From positions 1 to 43,226 of the IMG/VR virus record IMGVR_UViG_3300049044_000016: 43,226 bases of DNA; one strand, 5' to 3'. The notes beneath the pieces are model-generated. The model was not told the DNA's origin and did no database searches. It saw nothing but the letters and a program-made list of their open reading frames with translations. Positions 43,100 through 43,226 of the stretch are shown here, piece after piece; the stretch's first letter is position 1, and each line of letters begins with the position of its first letter. Both the position numbers and the translations under genes were made by a program. Source of the DNA: a virus (taxonomy: Duplodnaviria; Caudoviricetes).

Positions 43100-43226
43100 G
43101 GTCTGTCACCTCCACCTGTTTTGGCTTCGCCTTCATCTCCCATACGTCCTTTATACCCTTACCTGTTATGAATGCCATTGCTACTCCTGCGATCCACATA
43201 ATTTCCTCCGTGTCGAGTTCAATCCG
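43100..43226. repeat. Terminal direct repeat (assembly overlap), copy 2
   Basis: Matches 1-126; last base mismatched. Confidence 0.95.

Larger units (their letters stand above)
1..43226. mobile_element. Complete circular temperate bacteriophage genome, podovirus-like, probable Bacillales (Paenibacillaceae) host
   Basis: Full module set (lysogeny, replication, packaging, head, short tail, ejection, lysis), terminal overlap, no host housekeeping genes. Confidence 0.93.

Noticed and set aside
43100-43226. Physical terminal repeats of the virion DNA
   Set aside because: Length fits an assembler k-mer overlap, the repeat falls mid-holin, and SPP1-type TerS suggests headful packaging; the last-base mismatch is probably an end artefact
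1-43226. CRISPR array, diversity-generating retroelement, arbitrium system, IS element, intron or intein
   Set aside because: I saw no spaced repeat array, reverse transcriptase, TPR receptor/peptide pair, transposase or interrupted core gene; TerL and DnaB have ordinary lengths

Overview
The window is an apparently complete, circular ~43.1 kb temperate phage genome: bases 1-126 recur at 43100-43225 and a holin ORF reads through the junction. The host is probably Bacillales, likely Paenibacillaceae, inferred from AGGAGG RBSs, sigmaA-type promoters, a GAAC-N4-GTTC LexA box and stalk-domain surface proteins. Most genes are on the minus strand: early/recombination (Cro, antirepressor, Gp157, Rad52/Sak, HNH), replication (initiator, DnaB), late activator, TerS/TerL, portal, scaffold, capsid, head spike, short-tail (podovirus-type) proteins, ejection proteins, holin and amidase. 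A plus-strand lysogeny module carries the repressor, an HTH gene, a secreted protein and a serine integrase. No tape measure, long tail tube or sheath is recognisable. The best signals are absent from the ORF track: (1) a likely -1 ribosomal frameshift (G GTT TTT plus hairpin) fusing a 555-aa ejection protein to a lytic transglycosylase; (2) a 37-aa peptide under a LexA box that resembles the repressor C-terminus (SinI-like antirepressor candidate); (3) a ~480-nt structured non-coding late leader with a tRNA-like domain, upstream of an operon containing several intrinsic terminators; (4) a type I toxin-antitoxin locus; (5) an RcGTA-like head-spike base next to a beta-helix protein; (6) a long hairpin/attP candidate right after the integrase. 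All calls come from reading the sequence by eye; no database search or folding program was run.
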